Source of the DNA: Microcoleus sp.
GTDB lineage: Bacteria; Cyanobacteriota; Cyanobacteriia; Cyanobacteriales; Microcoleaceae
Length of the DNA stretch: 64,000 nt
Direction of reading: 5' to 3'
Assembly (NCBI GenBank): GCA_042408215.1
Contig: JAYFMW010000008.1
Location: forward strand, 256,001 to 320,000
The notes beneath the pieces were generated by a model. It saw only the letters and a program-made list of their open reading frames with translations. It made no database searches and was not told where the DNA came from. Numbering within the stretch: position 1 is the stretch's first letter; the number at the start of each line of letters is the position of its first letter. Position numbers and translations under genes: made by a program. This document shows, in pieces, positions 41,715 through 51,751 of this stretch.

Positions 41715-42203
41715 TTAACGAGCGCCTTTACCGCCAGCCCACTGCTTGCCGATAATTTTCGGTTGCAACAGAATGTGACCGGCAATCGCGTACAAATCAT
41801 CATCCGAGAGATTTCTCATCTCAGCAAAAATATCCGCGCTCTTCATGCTCGGATGCAACTCAGAAATTTCCTCAAAACCGTCATAAGTCGTGGGATTTTT
41901 CATATAGTCCACCAGCGACTCCACATTATTGCGGGGCGGGTTTGCCAAAGCTAGAGTTTCGGGACTCAAATTCACATTCGGGTCAGTTTTTGTCATTCCT
42001 GAATTGTGACATTGAGCGCAAGTCGAACCAAACAAGCGTTTGCCTTGCTGAACCTGTTTGAGACTCAGTACCACGGTCGCCCCCTTGTCATTTAAAGTCA
42101 CGGTGCGAAGTTCAGGACTCAGTTCAACAGCCATCGCACTGCTGACAAATAACTGAAATGTCAAGAATACAGCGGTCAGAGCAATGAAAGATCTTTTAAG
42201 CAT
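41715..42203 (-). CDS. psbV: photosystem II cytochrome c550
   Basis: CAQCH, KTDPNV, YMKNPTTYDG, HPS...ADIF, AGHILLQPK. Confidence 0.95.
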   Translation of the reverse strand: MLKRSFIALTAVFLTFQLFVSSAMAVELSPELRTVTLNDKGATVVLSLKQVQQGKRLFGSTCAQCHNSGMTKTDPNVNLSPETLALANPPRNNVESLVDYMKNPTTYDGFEEISELHPSMKSADIFAEMRNLSDDDLYAIAGHILLQPKIIGKQWAGGKGAR

Positions 42204-42353
42204 GGTTCTCCTTAAAAAAAAATCAGGCGAATTTATTGAATGCTCTTTTGCAGAGCCGGCAAACAGATTGCTATTCAAGATTCCACCGCCGGGAAAAACT
42301 GCTGACAGTTTATGCGGTTGTACCTTTAAAGGTAAGGGAATTTTGCGATCGAT

Positions 42354-42545
42354 CTAATCTGCTAGAAGTTTTGAGTCGCGTCTCTTTTCCAGAGCAGACA
42401 TAATTGCCTTAACATCCTCCAGGGCCAAACGGGTTTGAGGGTGCTTGTAAGCAATTTCTAACTCGTCGCACAAGCGGATAACGTCTTCAACAGGGACGTT
42501 GAAGTCCTCTGCTATTTCTGCGATGGACAGGTCTGCAAAACCCAT
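42354..42545 (-). CDS. small IF2 N-terminal-domain-like protein
   Basis: MGFADLSIAEIAEDFN...TRLALEDVK, typical of the accD-psbV neighbourhood. Confidence 0.7.
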   Translation of the reverse strand: MGFADLSIAEIAEDFNVPVEDVIRLCDELEIAYKHPQTRLALEDVKAIMSALEKRRDSKLLAD

Positions 42546-42946
42546 AATTTTTAGGTCGCTGACAGGTCAAAATTGGGTTAACGGCTATTAACTAAAAGCT
42601 GGACAATTTCACAAAGCGCTGTTAGTTTGTTCTGAGGTTTATAGGACTTACGCCGATCGTTAAATCCAGGATGCGCCGAAGGGCACTTTACCGCTATTTA
42701 CAGCGCCTCAAAGGATTTTTTTTTGCCTGAGTCCTGATTGAGTCTGTCAGAGCCAACTAACCGCTAACTGCCACTAGGCATTTTTGCTCAGCTAAGCTTT
42801 ATAGCCAATCAACTTCCAATCAATATCATCCCACTGCGGTGTCGTTATTACCAAGTGAATTACCCACAGCAACCACTAGGTATGATTGAGGCTGCCAATT
42901 TGTACTCCTTAGCTCAGAGACTGGGAGCGAGACCATCTGCGATCGT

Positions 42947-43897
42947 TCACGGCGAAAGTTTGAAAGCGTGAGTCTGTGCCGACACTGCGTGGCTGTCTGT
43001 TGGTTCTTGAGCCTCAAATTCCGATCGAGCCAATAAAGGCTGGGGCTGGTGAAGGCTAATTAGCTGAGCCAGAGTTTTCTTGAGCTGAGTCCGGGGGACG
43101 ATCGCATCTACAAAACCGTGAGCAAACGAATATTCGGAAGTTTGATAATTTTCCGGCAGTTTTTCCCGCAGAGTTTGTTCGATGACCCGGCCGCCGGTAA
43201 ACGCCACAGTCGCTTTCGGCTCGGCAATTATAATGTCTCCCAGCATGGCAAAACTAGCGGTGACGCCGCCAGTAGTCGGGTGAGTCAAAATCGGGATGTA
43301 AAGCAATCTCGCTTCCCTGTGGCGTTCCAGAGCCCCGGAAACCTTAGCCATTTGCATCAGGCTGAGCATTCCTTCTTGCATTCTCGCACCGCCAGAGGAG
43401 CAGACAACGATCGCTGGTAAGCGTTCTCGCGTCGCGTGTTCGATCAGGCGAGTCAGCTTTTCTCCGACTACTGAGCCCATGCTGCCGCCGATGAACTGAA
43501 ATTCCATGACTCCCAGGGCGACGGGTAAGCCATCGAGTTTGCCGATGCCTGTTTCTACTGCGTCTAAGTGACCTGTTTTTTCTTGAGTTTCTCGGAGCCG
43601 ATCGCTATATTTTTTGCGATCGCGAAATTTCAAGGGATCGGTGGCGTGGAGCCCTTCATTAATGGGCATCCAGCTATGGGCATCGATCAACTGCTCGATG
43701 CGATCGTCACTGTAAACTCTCATGTGATGCCCACACTCCAAGCAAACCATTTGATTTGCTCGCAGGTCTTTGGTATAACTCAGTGCACCGCAAGATTCGC
43801 ATTTATTCCAAAGTCCGTCAGCAATTTCTCGTTCCGGCCGTTCTTGAGAGTTCGGTACTGATTTTCGTCGATTTGCAAACCAATCAAATAAAGACAT
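42947..43897 (-). CDS. accD: acetyl-CoA carboxylase carboxyltransferase beta subunit
   Basis: CxxC...CxxC zinc finger, [35 protein letters not shown]. Confidence 0.97.
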   Translation of the reverse strand: MSLFDWFANRRKSVPNSQERPEREIADGLWNKCESCGALSYTKDLRANQMVCLECGHHMRVYSDDRIEQLIDAHSWMPINEGLHATDPLKFRDRKKYSDRLRETQEKTGHLDAVETGIGKLDGLPVALGVMEFQFIGGSMGSVVGEKLTRLIEHATRERLPAIVVCSSGGARMQEGMLSLMQMAKVSGALERHREARLLYIPILTHPTTGGVTASFAMLGDIIIAEPKATVAFTGGRVIEQTLREKLPENYQTSEYSFAHGFVDAIVPRTQLKKTLAQLISLHQPQPLLARSEFEAQEPTDSHAVSAQTHAFKLSP

Positions 43898-43962
43898 TAA
43901 AACTTAGTAATTGTTAGTTGGTAATTGGTAATTGTTAGTTGTTGACTGTTAACTGTTAGCTG

Positions 43963-44184
43963 TTAACTGTTTGATTCGGGTTCCTCTTCAATTGGACCGA
44001 TCGGGAGCGATGCAGTCTGCTGGTGTTCTGGAAGAACTTGCAAAGCTGTAGAACTACCTGCTCCCAAACAAGATGCGATGCCTAAGTCAACAATCCGAGT
44101 TGGGATTTGATGAGCAGCAAGGATTTGCTGCATCAATTCGGCTTCCCAGCGAAAGCTAGTGGTTGTTAGTGTAATCCAAGACAC
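43963..44184 (-). CDS. DUF2007-like small protein
   Basis: WEAELMQQILAAHQIP motif. Confidence 0.65.
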   Translation of the reverse strand: MSWITLTTTSFRWEAELMQQILAAHQIPTRIVDLGIASCLGAGSSTALQVLPEHQQTASLPIGPIEEEPESNS

Positions 44185-44203
44185 GGAACAATTTTACCAA
44201 TTA

Positions 44204-44583
44204 TTGACACTCTCAGGTCTAAAGACACGCTCGATTCTGCTGACAGAGTAAAACTCTCGCTACGGCCGTCAAACGCCGTCTACTTAGTCACCAATCGTCA
44301 AGCGATAGTTACTAGCTACTTTTGTCTCCAATGCTTTCAGAATCCATCACTAAGCCAAGACACGGTACGCTCAACATCCTGCCATTATTAGCTCTTTTTG
44401 TGTTACCTCTCAATAGGTGTACTAAGTTGCTGGGATTTCTCCGATACTAGGATGTTTCAACACGTAGATGTTTTTGTTCTTACTCACAACTCAATTGTAG
44501 CACATTTTCAATACCACGGCGGTTAAAACCGCAGGAGTCGCTTCCCTCTCAGGTCTAAAGACTCTGAGTTTCCCGCATCCCGT
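44204..44583 (-). mobile_element. non-autonomous IS200/IS605 derivative (omega-RNA-like, no ORF)
   Basis: Right end GAATC...TCTTTAGACCTGAGAGTGTCAA; left-end hairpin CTCAGAGTCTTTAGACCTGAG; internal TACCGTG...AAAGCATTGGAGA. Confidence 0.72.
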
Positions 44584-44643
44584 ATTATTTTTATGAGACA
44601 ATATTATGCTCGATCGCGCGGGGAAAAATTAGGGTCAGAAATT

Positions 44644-45465
44644 CTAATTCGGGAAAAACAACTGCCAGTAAGTAGATAAGATCGCTTCGCCCCACAAAGC
44701 TGTAATTGCTGCACCCAGAGCCAGAAATGGGCCGAAGGGCATCGGTTGACGCCGATCGAGCAACCCGATCGCGATCGCCCCGCCACCAGCAAAAGCCCCG
44801 GCCCCGCAAGCGATAAATCCCGCTAACAGCAAGTATTTCCACCCCAGCCAAGCTCCCATCAAAGCGGCCAATTTGCTATCCCCAGCGCCCATAGCATTTT
44901 GCCCAAGGGCTAGAGAACCTGCTAAACCGATGATGTCAAACAGCCACAGCCCGACAACTGCTCCCAGGATACCGTTGAGTACCAGATGGTTAACGGAGTC
45001 GATCGGACTAAATATCGGCCACCAACCTTTCGCCATCTGAAAAACCAGTCCAGCCACCAAACCCGATCGAGTCAAAGAATTAGGCAAAGTCATTGTATCG
45101 CAATCAATCAAAGACAAAGCCAAAAGCCAGCTAAAAAAAGCCCAAAAACCCAGAGTTTGTAATGTCACGCCAAACTGCCAAAAAATCAGCAAAAACAGCA
45201 AACCCGTAGCTGCTTCCACCAGCGGATAGCGTGCAGAAATCGGGCTGCGACAGTGATTGCAGCGTCCCCGCAGCCACAGCCAGCCGAACACTGGTACATT
45301 TTCGTAAAATCTCAGCCGATTTAAACATTTGGGACAGCGAGAAGGAGGCGAAAGTACCGACAAACCGGCTGGTAACCGATAAACTACCACATTCAGAAAG
45401 CTGCCGATCGCCGAGCCTAAAGCAAAGACAATGGCATAAACAAGAGAATTAAAGATTATTTCCAT
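44644..45465 (-). CDS. pilD: type IV prepilin peptidase (A24)
   Basis: GSFLNVVVYRLP, two CxxC, LIDCDTMTLP, MGAGDSKL, PFGPFL; start moved past the STRR-derived extension. Confidence 0.93.
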   Translation of the reverse strand: MEIIFNSLVYAIVFALGSAIGSFLNVVVYRLPAGLSVLSPPSRCPKCLNRLRFYENVPVFGWLWLRGRCNHCRSPISARYPLVEAATGLLFLLIFWQFGVTLQTLGFWAFFSWLLALSLIDCDTMTLPNSLTRSGLVAGLVFQMAKGWWPIFSPIDSVNHLVLNGILGAVVGLWLFDIIGLAGSLALGQNAMGAGDSKLAALMGAWLGWKYLLLAGFIACGAGAFAGGGAIAIGLLDRRQPMPFGPFLALGAAITALWGEAILSTYWQLFFPN

Positions 45466-45471
45466 TAACAG

Positions 45472-45836
45472 GTAATTGGGAATGGGTAATTGGGCATTGG
45501 TAATTGGGCCTTGGTAGCCCGTCACAAATAACAAATAACAAATAACAAATAACAAATAACCAATAACAAATAACCAATAACAAATAACCAATAACAAATA
45601 ACAAATAACTAATGACTAATGACTACTGACTACTGACTACTGACTACTGACTACTGACTACTGACTACTGACTACTGACTACTGACTACTGACTACTGAC
45701 TACTGACTAATGACTAATGACTACTGACTACTGACTAATGACTACTGACTACTGACTACTGACTACTGACTACTGACTACTGACTACTGACTAATGACTA
45801 CTGACTAATGACTACTGACTAATGACTACTGACTAA
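45472..45836. repeat. heptamer STRR arrays: (AATAACA/C)n and about 32 x (CTA[A/C]TGA)
   Basis: Directly visible tandem 7-mers. Confidence 0.92.
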
Positions 45837-46093
45837 TACATTTGCGATTCAATCTCTTCAAAACTAACAAAACGTTCACCGGGCAACAAAATGGGTGGCG
45901 CAGCAAAAATTAGCTGGCCTCGATCGCTTCCTGGACTGACAACTACACCTGCTGGACGCTGTATTCGATCGGAATTAACTTTGAGATATAGACCATAGAC
46001 CGATCGAGCTACTCGGATCAAATCGGGAGCGAGCAACCTGAGACTCTCGGAAGTTTCTATCCTGGGTTTTGGGCTTGACTGGTATTCTGTCAC
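45833..46093 (-). CDS. conserved hypothetical protein
   Basis: PAGVVVS...RGQLIFAAPPILLPGERFV cyanobacterial motif. Confidence 0.6.
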   Translation of the reverse strand: MTEYQSSPKPRIETSESLRLLAPDLIRVARSVYGLYLKVNSDRIQRPAGVVVSPGSDRGQLIFAAPPILLPGERFVSFEEIESQMY

Positions 46094-46180
46094 TGGAAAC
46101 TGATCATAATTGTATAGGTCTAGCTGTTGGTGTCGCCGCTAGATCGATCGAACTTACCTTATTTTTTAACAATAGACTAG

Positions 46181-47761
46181 GTGGAAATTAATAGATTAAC
46201 CTACAATCCTCCCTTGGCTGCGATCGAACTGCGACTGCGCGATCTCCTTCCGGCTGAACTGTACGCTGCTGCGTGGGTAGAGCCATCGCCGGCGACACTG
46301 ATCGGCGTGTTCGAGCATCTGCGAACCCTCCGCTACATCCTCCAGGATTACGTGCCGAGGTTAGTTTCCGAATCACCCCCCCAGCCGGGCGAGGTGCGTT
46401 ACCAGTGGCAAGAAGGCACGCTACTGTTCACGGATTTGGCTGGTTTTACGTCGCTGTTGGAGGCGAACGCGGCCGAGGGGCCCAAGGGAGCTGAAACCCT
46501 GCTGGGGGTCATCAACGACTATTTCGCCTCAATGATTGCAATTGTCAGCAAGTCGGGCGGAGATTTGCTGGAGTTTACAGGAGATGCCATGCTGGTGCAA
46601 TTCCTGGCTGATAAACACCAACAGGATACCGCCCTGGCAGTTAGGGCCGGTTTGCGGATGCAGCGAGCAATGGCAGAATTTGCCAACATTCCAACGGCTA
46701 AAGGGGTTTTGTCTTTGAGAATGCGAGTGGGTATCCACTGCGGCCGCTACATTAGTGCTGACATCGGCACGCCCCTGCGGATGGCTCATGTGTTGCTGGG
46801 GAATGCCGTGCAGCAAGCTAAGCAAGCTGAGGGCTCTGGGACTGTGGGAAGGGTATGTTTGACTGAAACAGCTAGTTCTGGCTTGGGAGAGCAATTTCGC
46901 TTTGAACCTGGGAAACCGGGTTATTTGTTGGTGACGGACGATTTTACTGATGCTCAACTGGGAGAGTATGAGATCACTCTGACTAGGCGGCGGATGCCGA
47001 GTTCGGTATTGCTCGATCGCAGCATTTCGGGCTTAGTCAGGGAGATCGAAGAATCTTTGAAGCGGGTTGAACCCCTTGCGAGTTATATTCCCAAACCGAT
47101 TCTGACGCTGCTGGTAGAAAATGCTAACAAGCGAGGGATTCCGCCGGATTTTCCGCTCCCGACGGTGATGTTTGTCAATTTGATTGGTTTACCGGAGTCG
47201 GTGGACAAAGCAACGCCCGCCGAAGAAGCCAGCCTGGTAATCGGCTGTTCTCGCGTTTTCGCGCTGATTGATGCTGTGGTGTCAGCTAAAGGGGGCGTGT
47301 TGCAGAAAGTAACGGCTCACTTGGACGGTTCGGATCTGCTGATCTACTTTGGCGTACCAGATGTTCACGCCGATGATGCTTGTCGTGCGGCTACTGCTGC
47401 GATTGCGATTCGAGAAATTATTGCAGGTTTGGCCCTGCTGACGATCGGCAGTAAGGAAGTTAAGATATTTTGTCAAATTGGGCTGTCCTTGGGGCCGGTG
47501 TTTGCTGCTGAGGTTGGGGAACCGCGCGGGCGACGGGAGTTTAATGTCTTGGGAGATACGGTGAATACGGCGGCTAGATTGATGAGCAAGGCGGGGGAAA
47601 ACCAAATTTTGATGACTGAAAGGGTGTTTGAGTCGATCGCCCTAGAATTCAATTGCGAGGCTTTGGGAGCGGTTTCTCTCAAGGGCAAATCGGCTCTGAC
47701 TCAGATTTTTGCTCTGCACGGTGCAAAGGTGGAGAAGGGAAAAGGGGGCGATCGATTTTAG
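46181..47761 (+). CDS. class III nucleotidyl cyclase with two tandem cyclase domains
   Basis: FTDLAGFT, FTGDAM, RVGIHCG; second domain GLSLGPVF, VLGDTVNTAARLM. Confidence 0.85.
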   Translation: MEINRLTYNPPLAAIELRLRDLLPAELYAAAWVEPSPATLIGVFEHLRTLRYILQDYVPRLVSESPPQPGEVRYQWQEGTLLFTDLAGFTSLLEANAAEGPKGAETLLGVINDYFASMIAIVSKSGGDLLEFTGDAMLVQFLADKHQQDTALAVRAGLRMQRAMAEFANIPTAKGVLSLRMRVGIHCGRYISADIGTPLRMAHVLLGNAVQQAKQAEGSGTVGRVCLTETASSGLGEQFRFEPGKPGYLLVTDDFTDAQLGEYEITLTRRRMPSSVLLDRSISGLVREIEESLKRVEPLASYIPKPILTLLVENANKRGIPPDFPLPTVMFVNLIGLPESVDKATPAEEASLVIGCSRVFALIDAVVSAKGGVLQKVTAHLDGSDLLIYFGVPDVHADDACRAATAAIAIREIIAGLALLTIGSKEVKIFCQIGLSLGPVFAAEVGEPRGRREFNVLGDTVNTAARLMSKAGENQILMTERVFESIALEFNCEALGAVSLKGKSALTQIFALHGAKVEKGKGGDRF

Positions 47762-47787
47762 ATTTTAGATTTATGATTTTCGATAGA

Positions 47788-48306
47788 TTAGTAATTTTCA
47801 TCTAAAATCATAAATTCCGATCGATACTTCACCGTTCCGCTGCAATCCTGCAAAGCTCCACTTTCTAACTCCAACACCATAAAAGCTTCATCGGGCACAT
47901 CATATTCACATTTCAAGCTCTTTCTACTAGCAGGAATGAACCCAAAACGCGAATAGAAATCTGGATTTCCCAGCACAACCACTGCCTGAAATCCCGATCG
48001 CACGCACTCTTTTAATCCCTCCCGGATCAGCAGCGATCCGATACCTTGGCGTTGATAGTCGGGAAGAACCGCGACTGGTGCCAACCCCAGAATCGACAAA
48101 TTGCTAGAACATTTCCCTGCTACCGCAACCGGACTGAATAAAAGGTGTCCGACAATGCGATCGGATTGCACAGCAACGAAGGAAAATGTAGATGCAATTC
48201 CCCGCAAGCGATCGACTAAGTTAGCCTCATTTTCTCGCCCGAATGCCGCCATATTAACTTGGCGAATTGCCTCTATATCTTCTAGCTTTTCAGTACGAAT
48301 ATCCAT
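47788..48306 (-). CDS. GNAT N-acetyltransferase (YhbS-like)
   Basis: LAPVAVLPDYQRQGIG, VLGNPDFYSRFGF. Confidence 0.9.
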   Translation of the reverse strand: MDIRTEKLEDIEAIRQVNMAAFGRENEANLVDRLRGIASTFSFVAVQSDRIVGHLLFSPVAVAGKCSSNLSILGLAPVAVLPDYQRQGIGSLLIREGLKECVRSGFQAVVVLGNPDFYSRFGFIPASRKSLKCEYDVPDEAFMVLELESGALQDCSGTVKYRSEFMILDENY

Positions 48307-48574
48307 AAACTCGCTCCATCACTCCACCGATTGCAGCCGCAACCTTGTACCCAATCCGAATCCCAAAGAACCGACCGTTCGGATTCTTTTTCCGCAACTG
48401 CCGTGCTGATTCTAAACCCATTTTGTCTACTGCATAATCCCCTGTTTCTATATCAATGATGACCATTTTGCCCAGATTTTATTCTCGCTCTACTTGTTGA
48501 CGGATGTGCTCATCGTAGAGCTTCTCTGCAAGCCTTGCAACTTCTTCGCTGCTCAGCAGAATGGAGCTTTGCAT
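48290..48574 (-). pseudogene. pseudogene of a small protein related to the 22789-23106 family
   Basis: MQSSILLSSEEVARLAEKLYDEHIRQQVERE*NLGKMVIIDIETGDYAVD, then a frameshift before NPNGRFFGIRIG. Confidence 0.65.
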
Positions 48575-48680
48575 ATTCCACCTTTCGATCGCGATATTTA
48601 TCAAATTATAACGTCCCAGAAGCCTTTTTGCTCTTATTGAGCCATGTGTTGTTGGAAACAGTCGAACCGACTAACAGCGA

Positions 48681-49745
48681 TTATTGCGGGACAAGCTGAC
48701 CCGAAGACAATCGCTTAATCCCCTCCATCGCTGTATTTTCTCCCGCTTTGTCACCGCCATCGCGAGCAACTTTCAAAGCTCGCTCGTAGGATTCCAGAGC
48801 TTTGGTAGATTGACCGAGACTTTCGTAAATCGCGCCCATATTGTTGAGCAAGCGTCCGACACTTGTCTTGTCACCTATTGCTTCTAACATAATCATTGCT
48901 TGCTGAAAATAGATCAGGGCTTGAGCATCTTTGCCGAGTTTGCGATAGGTAAGTGCCATATTATTGAGCAGGCGGCCGACACCCGCTCTGTCTGCTATTT
49001 CACGACGAATGGCTAAAGCTTGCTGGTAAAATTCCATCGCTTTGTTGAAATCGCCGATGTTGTAATAGATGCCGCCCATATTATTGAGGGTACGGCCTAA
49101 ATCACGTCGCTCGCCATCTTTGGTGCGAATGGTTCGGGCTTGCTGGTAAAATTCGATCGCCTTGGCATAATTTCCCTGTTCTGCGTACACAGCCCCGATA
49201 TTGTGAAAGGATTCTCCAATTTCAATTTGGTCCTTGGCAGTTTTAGCAAGTTCCAAAGCCTCTTGGTGCAGTTTCATCGCTTCAGGAAAATTGTCTGCAA
49301 CACGGTTGACAAAACCGATGAGATTAAGGGTGCGCGCTGTGCGACTCCCTTCGCCGATTTCTCGGTGGATGGCTAAAGCTTGGCGCAAAACTTCTAAAGC
49401 TTTAGACTGGGAAGCCGTTTCACCATAAACTTCACCGATATTGTTGAGGGTTTCTCCGATACCGGGTTTGTCCCCTAGCTGCTGGCGAATTGCCAAAACT
49501 TGTTCAAAAGTCTGGAGGGCTTCTCGAAACAAACCTTGACGGTGCTGTCCAACACCTTTTTGAAATAGTTGGTCTGCTTGTGTTTTGAGGTCTGTTGTCT
49601 GGGCGCGATCGCTCTCTTGGACACGCCTGGGATGTATAATTGGGGCAGATGCCAGAGCCTCTGAGATTGCCAATACGCTGAGTGTGGGCGATAGGACAAT
49701 AGTTATAGCTGCGACATAGCTGAAGTGGTAAGAGCGGCTGTACAC
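48681..49745 (-). CDS. exported tetratricopeptide repeat protein
   Basis: Repeated TLNNIG/ALxxYQQALAI 40-aa units; N-terminal hydrophobic segment. Confidence 0.85.
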   Translation of the reverse strand: MYSRSYHFSYVAAITIVLSPTLSVLAISEALASAPIIHPRRVQESDRAQTTDLKTQADQLFQKGVGQHRQGLFREALQTFEQVLAIRQQLGDKPGIGETLNNIGEVYGETASQSKALEVLRQALAIHREIGEGSRTARTLNLIGFVNRVADNFPEAMKLHQEALELAKTAKDQIEIGESFHNIGAVYAEQGNYAKAIEFYQQARTIRTKDGERRDLGRTLNNMGGIYYNIGDFNKAMEFYQQALAIRREIADRAGVGRLLNNMALTYRKLGKDAQALIYFQQAMIMLEAIGDKTSVGRLLNNMGAIYESLGQSTKALESYERALKVARDGGDKAGENTAMEGIKRLSSGQLVPQ

Positions 49746-49963
49746 CGAACAAGTCCTCCAAAAGCCAAGTTATATAACTTTTAAGATAGAGCTCTTTGGC
49801 GTTACTCTGCCGCATTTCTTGTCAGTCACTACGTTCTGACTTTGTTCTCATCTCACCAAACTGCTAGAATCAGCGGCACATTGTTGAGTGCGGAAACGAG
49901 AACAGCGTTTTTACTGGATGGAAGCAATGTTTTTTCTGAACTGTGCAAGTTGATGTCCTGTTT

Positions 49964-50265
49964 TTGACACTCCCCACGGCTAAAAGCCGGGGGATTCCTG
50001 CTTCATCCGTCCTCCCTAGAAAATTAAATACAAGTATTTAACTCTCCCCGTTTGGATACGTCCACAGGCTCACACGGACGGCCCGACCGCGTTTGAAAGG
50101 TTTTATTAAACTTTCTTTTGACTCGCAGTTTTTACAAGATTTAGGATTAGCTACCAGGGTGACGGCTCGTGAGTTCTCCCCTTGACCTACTTCGCTTTTT
50201 AATTATGCGCTTTACCGCTCATTTATTGTACTTCATTTTGTCTGTACATCTCGTCTTTCATCAGG
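49964..50265 (-). mobile_element. non-autonomous IS200/IS605 derivative (omega-RNA-like; left end truncated)
   Basis: GCGGTCGGGCCGTCCGTGTGAGCCTGTGGA...GATGAAGCAGGAATCCCCCGGCTTTTAGCCGTGGGGAGTGTCAA. Confidence 0.75.
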
Positions 50266-50268
50266 ATA

Positions 50269-50766
50269 ATGCGATCGGGCAAAGCAGACATTGGTTTTGT
50301 TTCTCTTCCCATCTCAGATGAATTTGAAACTAGGGAAATTTTGCGGGACAAATATCTGGTTTTGCTACCGCCGACTGCCAAATTACCAAATGCTAAGATT
50401 ACTTGGGAAGAATTAGCGAATTATCCGCTGATTTTGCAGCCGCCAGAAACAGCTTGTTCGATCCAGCTTCGCAAGTATTTGACAACTTCGGAATTCCCCT
50501 TAAATGTCGGTTACGAACTCAGCGAAGATTCAACTGTCAGTATGGTGATGCAAGGTTTGGGTGCAGCAATTATACCACGTTTGGCCGCAGAACCGATACC
50601 GGCTGAGGTGAAAGTTTGCAGTTTGCCGGCAGAATTTGAAAGGATAATTGGGGTGGCTGTTTTGAGGGATGCGCTGTTAATTCCGGCCGTGTTTGCGTTT
50701 TTGGATTTAGTTACAAGTCGTGCAGAGGTTGAGAGTGAGGGCGAGTTTCCGATCGACCCTTCATGA
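50269..50766 (+). pseudogene. LysR substrate-binding-domain fragment lacking the HTH
   Basis: ADIGF, LANYPLI, MVMQGLGAAIIPRL, ERIIG; 5' end abuts the IS derivative. Confidence 0.75.
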
Positions 50767-50807
50767 GAAACCTAAGTTATTAATTATTGGTTAGATTGGG
50801 ATTTTTC

Positions 50808-50886
50808 AACCGCAGATATTAGCCGATGAACACAGATGAACGCGGATGGGATTTTATCTGCGTTTATCTGCGTTCATCTGCGGTTG
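50808..50886. repeat. AACCGCAGAT...ATCTGCGGTT REP-like hairpin (second copy at 51638-51716)
   Basis: Inverted repeat present in both Uma2 duplication units. Confidence 0.8.
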
Positions 50887-50921
50887 AAAAAAATTCCCAT
50901 AACCAATGTGGAATAGATTGG

Positions 50922-51573
50922 CTAGTTAGATTTAGTCATCTCTTTTACCCAGTTGCGGAAATTCACCTCTGCTTCTACTTCATCTATCTGCGCTGCGGCC
51001 AAAAATTCGTACAGCTTGGACTTGGGGAGAATCGGAAAAGTGGGGCTGACAGATACTTCCAAATACTCAGAGTTTTCTAGCTGATAAATTCGCCATTCTC
51101 TACCATCGTACCGCCAAAACTCCGGTACTCCCATACTGGCATAGAGAGCAGGCTTGTTAATATCAGTATGGGTGATGTCTATTTCTACGACTAAATCGGG
51201 TGGCGGATCTGTGGCTAGATCTACTGTACGACCGGCTACGAGGGGCTGATTTTGGATATAATAGGCATTATCTGGTTCTGCACCGCGATTCTAGGTCCGA
51301 TCGCTCCAAGGTTGTCGAACCCATTGTTTTAATCTTCAAACCTAGTTCTCTCACCAAAATCCGAATCAAAAACTCGATTAAGCGTGCCGAAAATTCGTGT
51401 TCTTCTAAAGGCATGGTAATTTCTAAAGTCCCTCGATCGAATATCAATGTGGCCGCTCGTTTATCGCCAAAAATCTTGAGCAGTTGTTGATAATCCTGCC
51501 AAGCAATATCTCTAAACACCACCCGCTGTTCGCCTATGAGTAACGGTGGTGCGATCGGCGCAACAGAAATCAT
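50922..51573 (-). pseudogene. Uma2 family endonuclease, copy 1 (+1 frameshift near 51291, possibly an artefact)
   Basis: Near-identical to 51752-52402, with CTAGAAT in place of CTAAAT. Confidence 0.75.
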
Positions 51574-51751
51574 ATGTTTTACTTCCAGCTATGATATTTC
51601 TAGGATAACACTAGGGTCGAGCAATTTTAGATTTTTCAACCGCAGATATTAGCCGATGAACACAGATGAACGCGGATGGGATTTTATCTGCGTTTATCTG
51701 CGTTCATCTGCGGTTAAAAAAAATTCCCATAACCAATGTGGAATAGATGGG

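Noticed and set aside
45466..45597. N-terminal LLVICY extension of PilD
   Set aside because: Translation of heptamer repeats.
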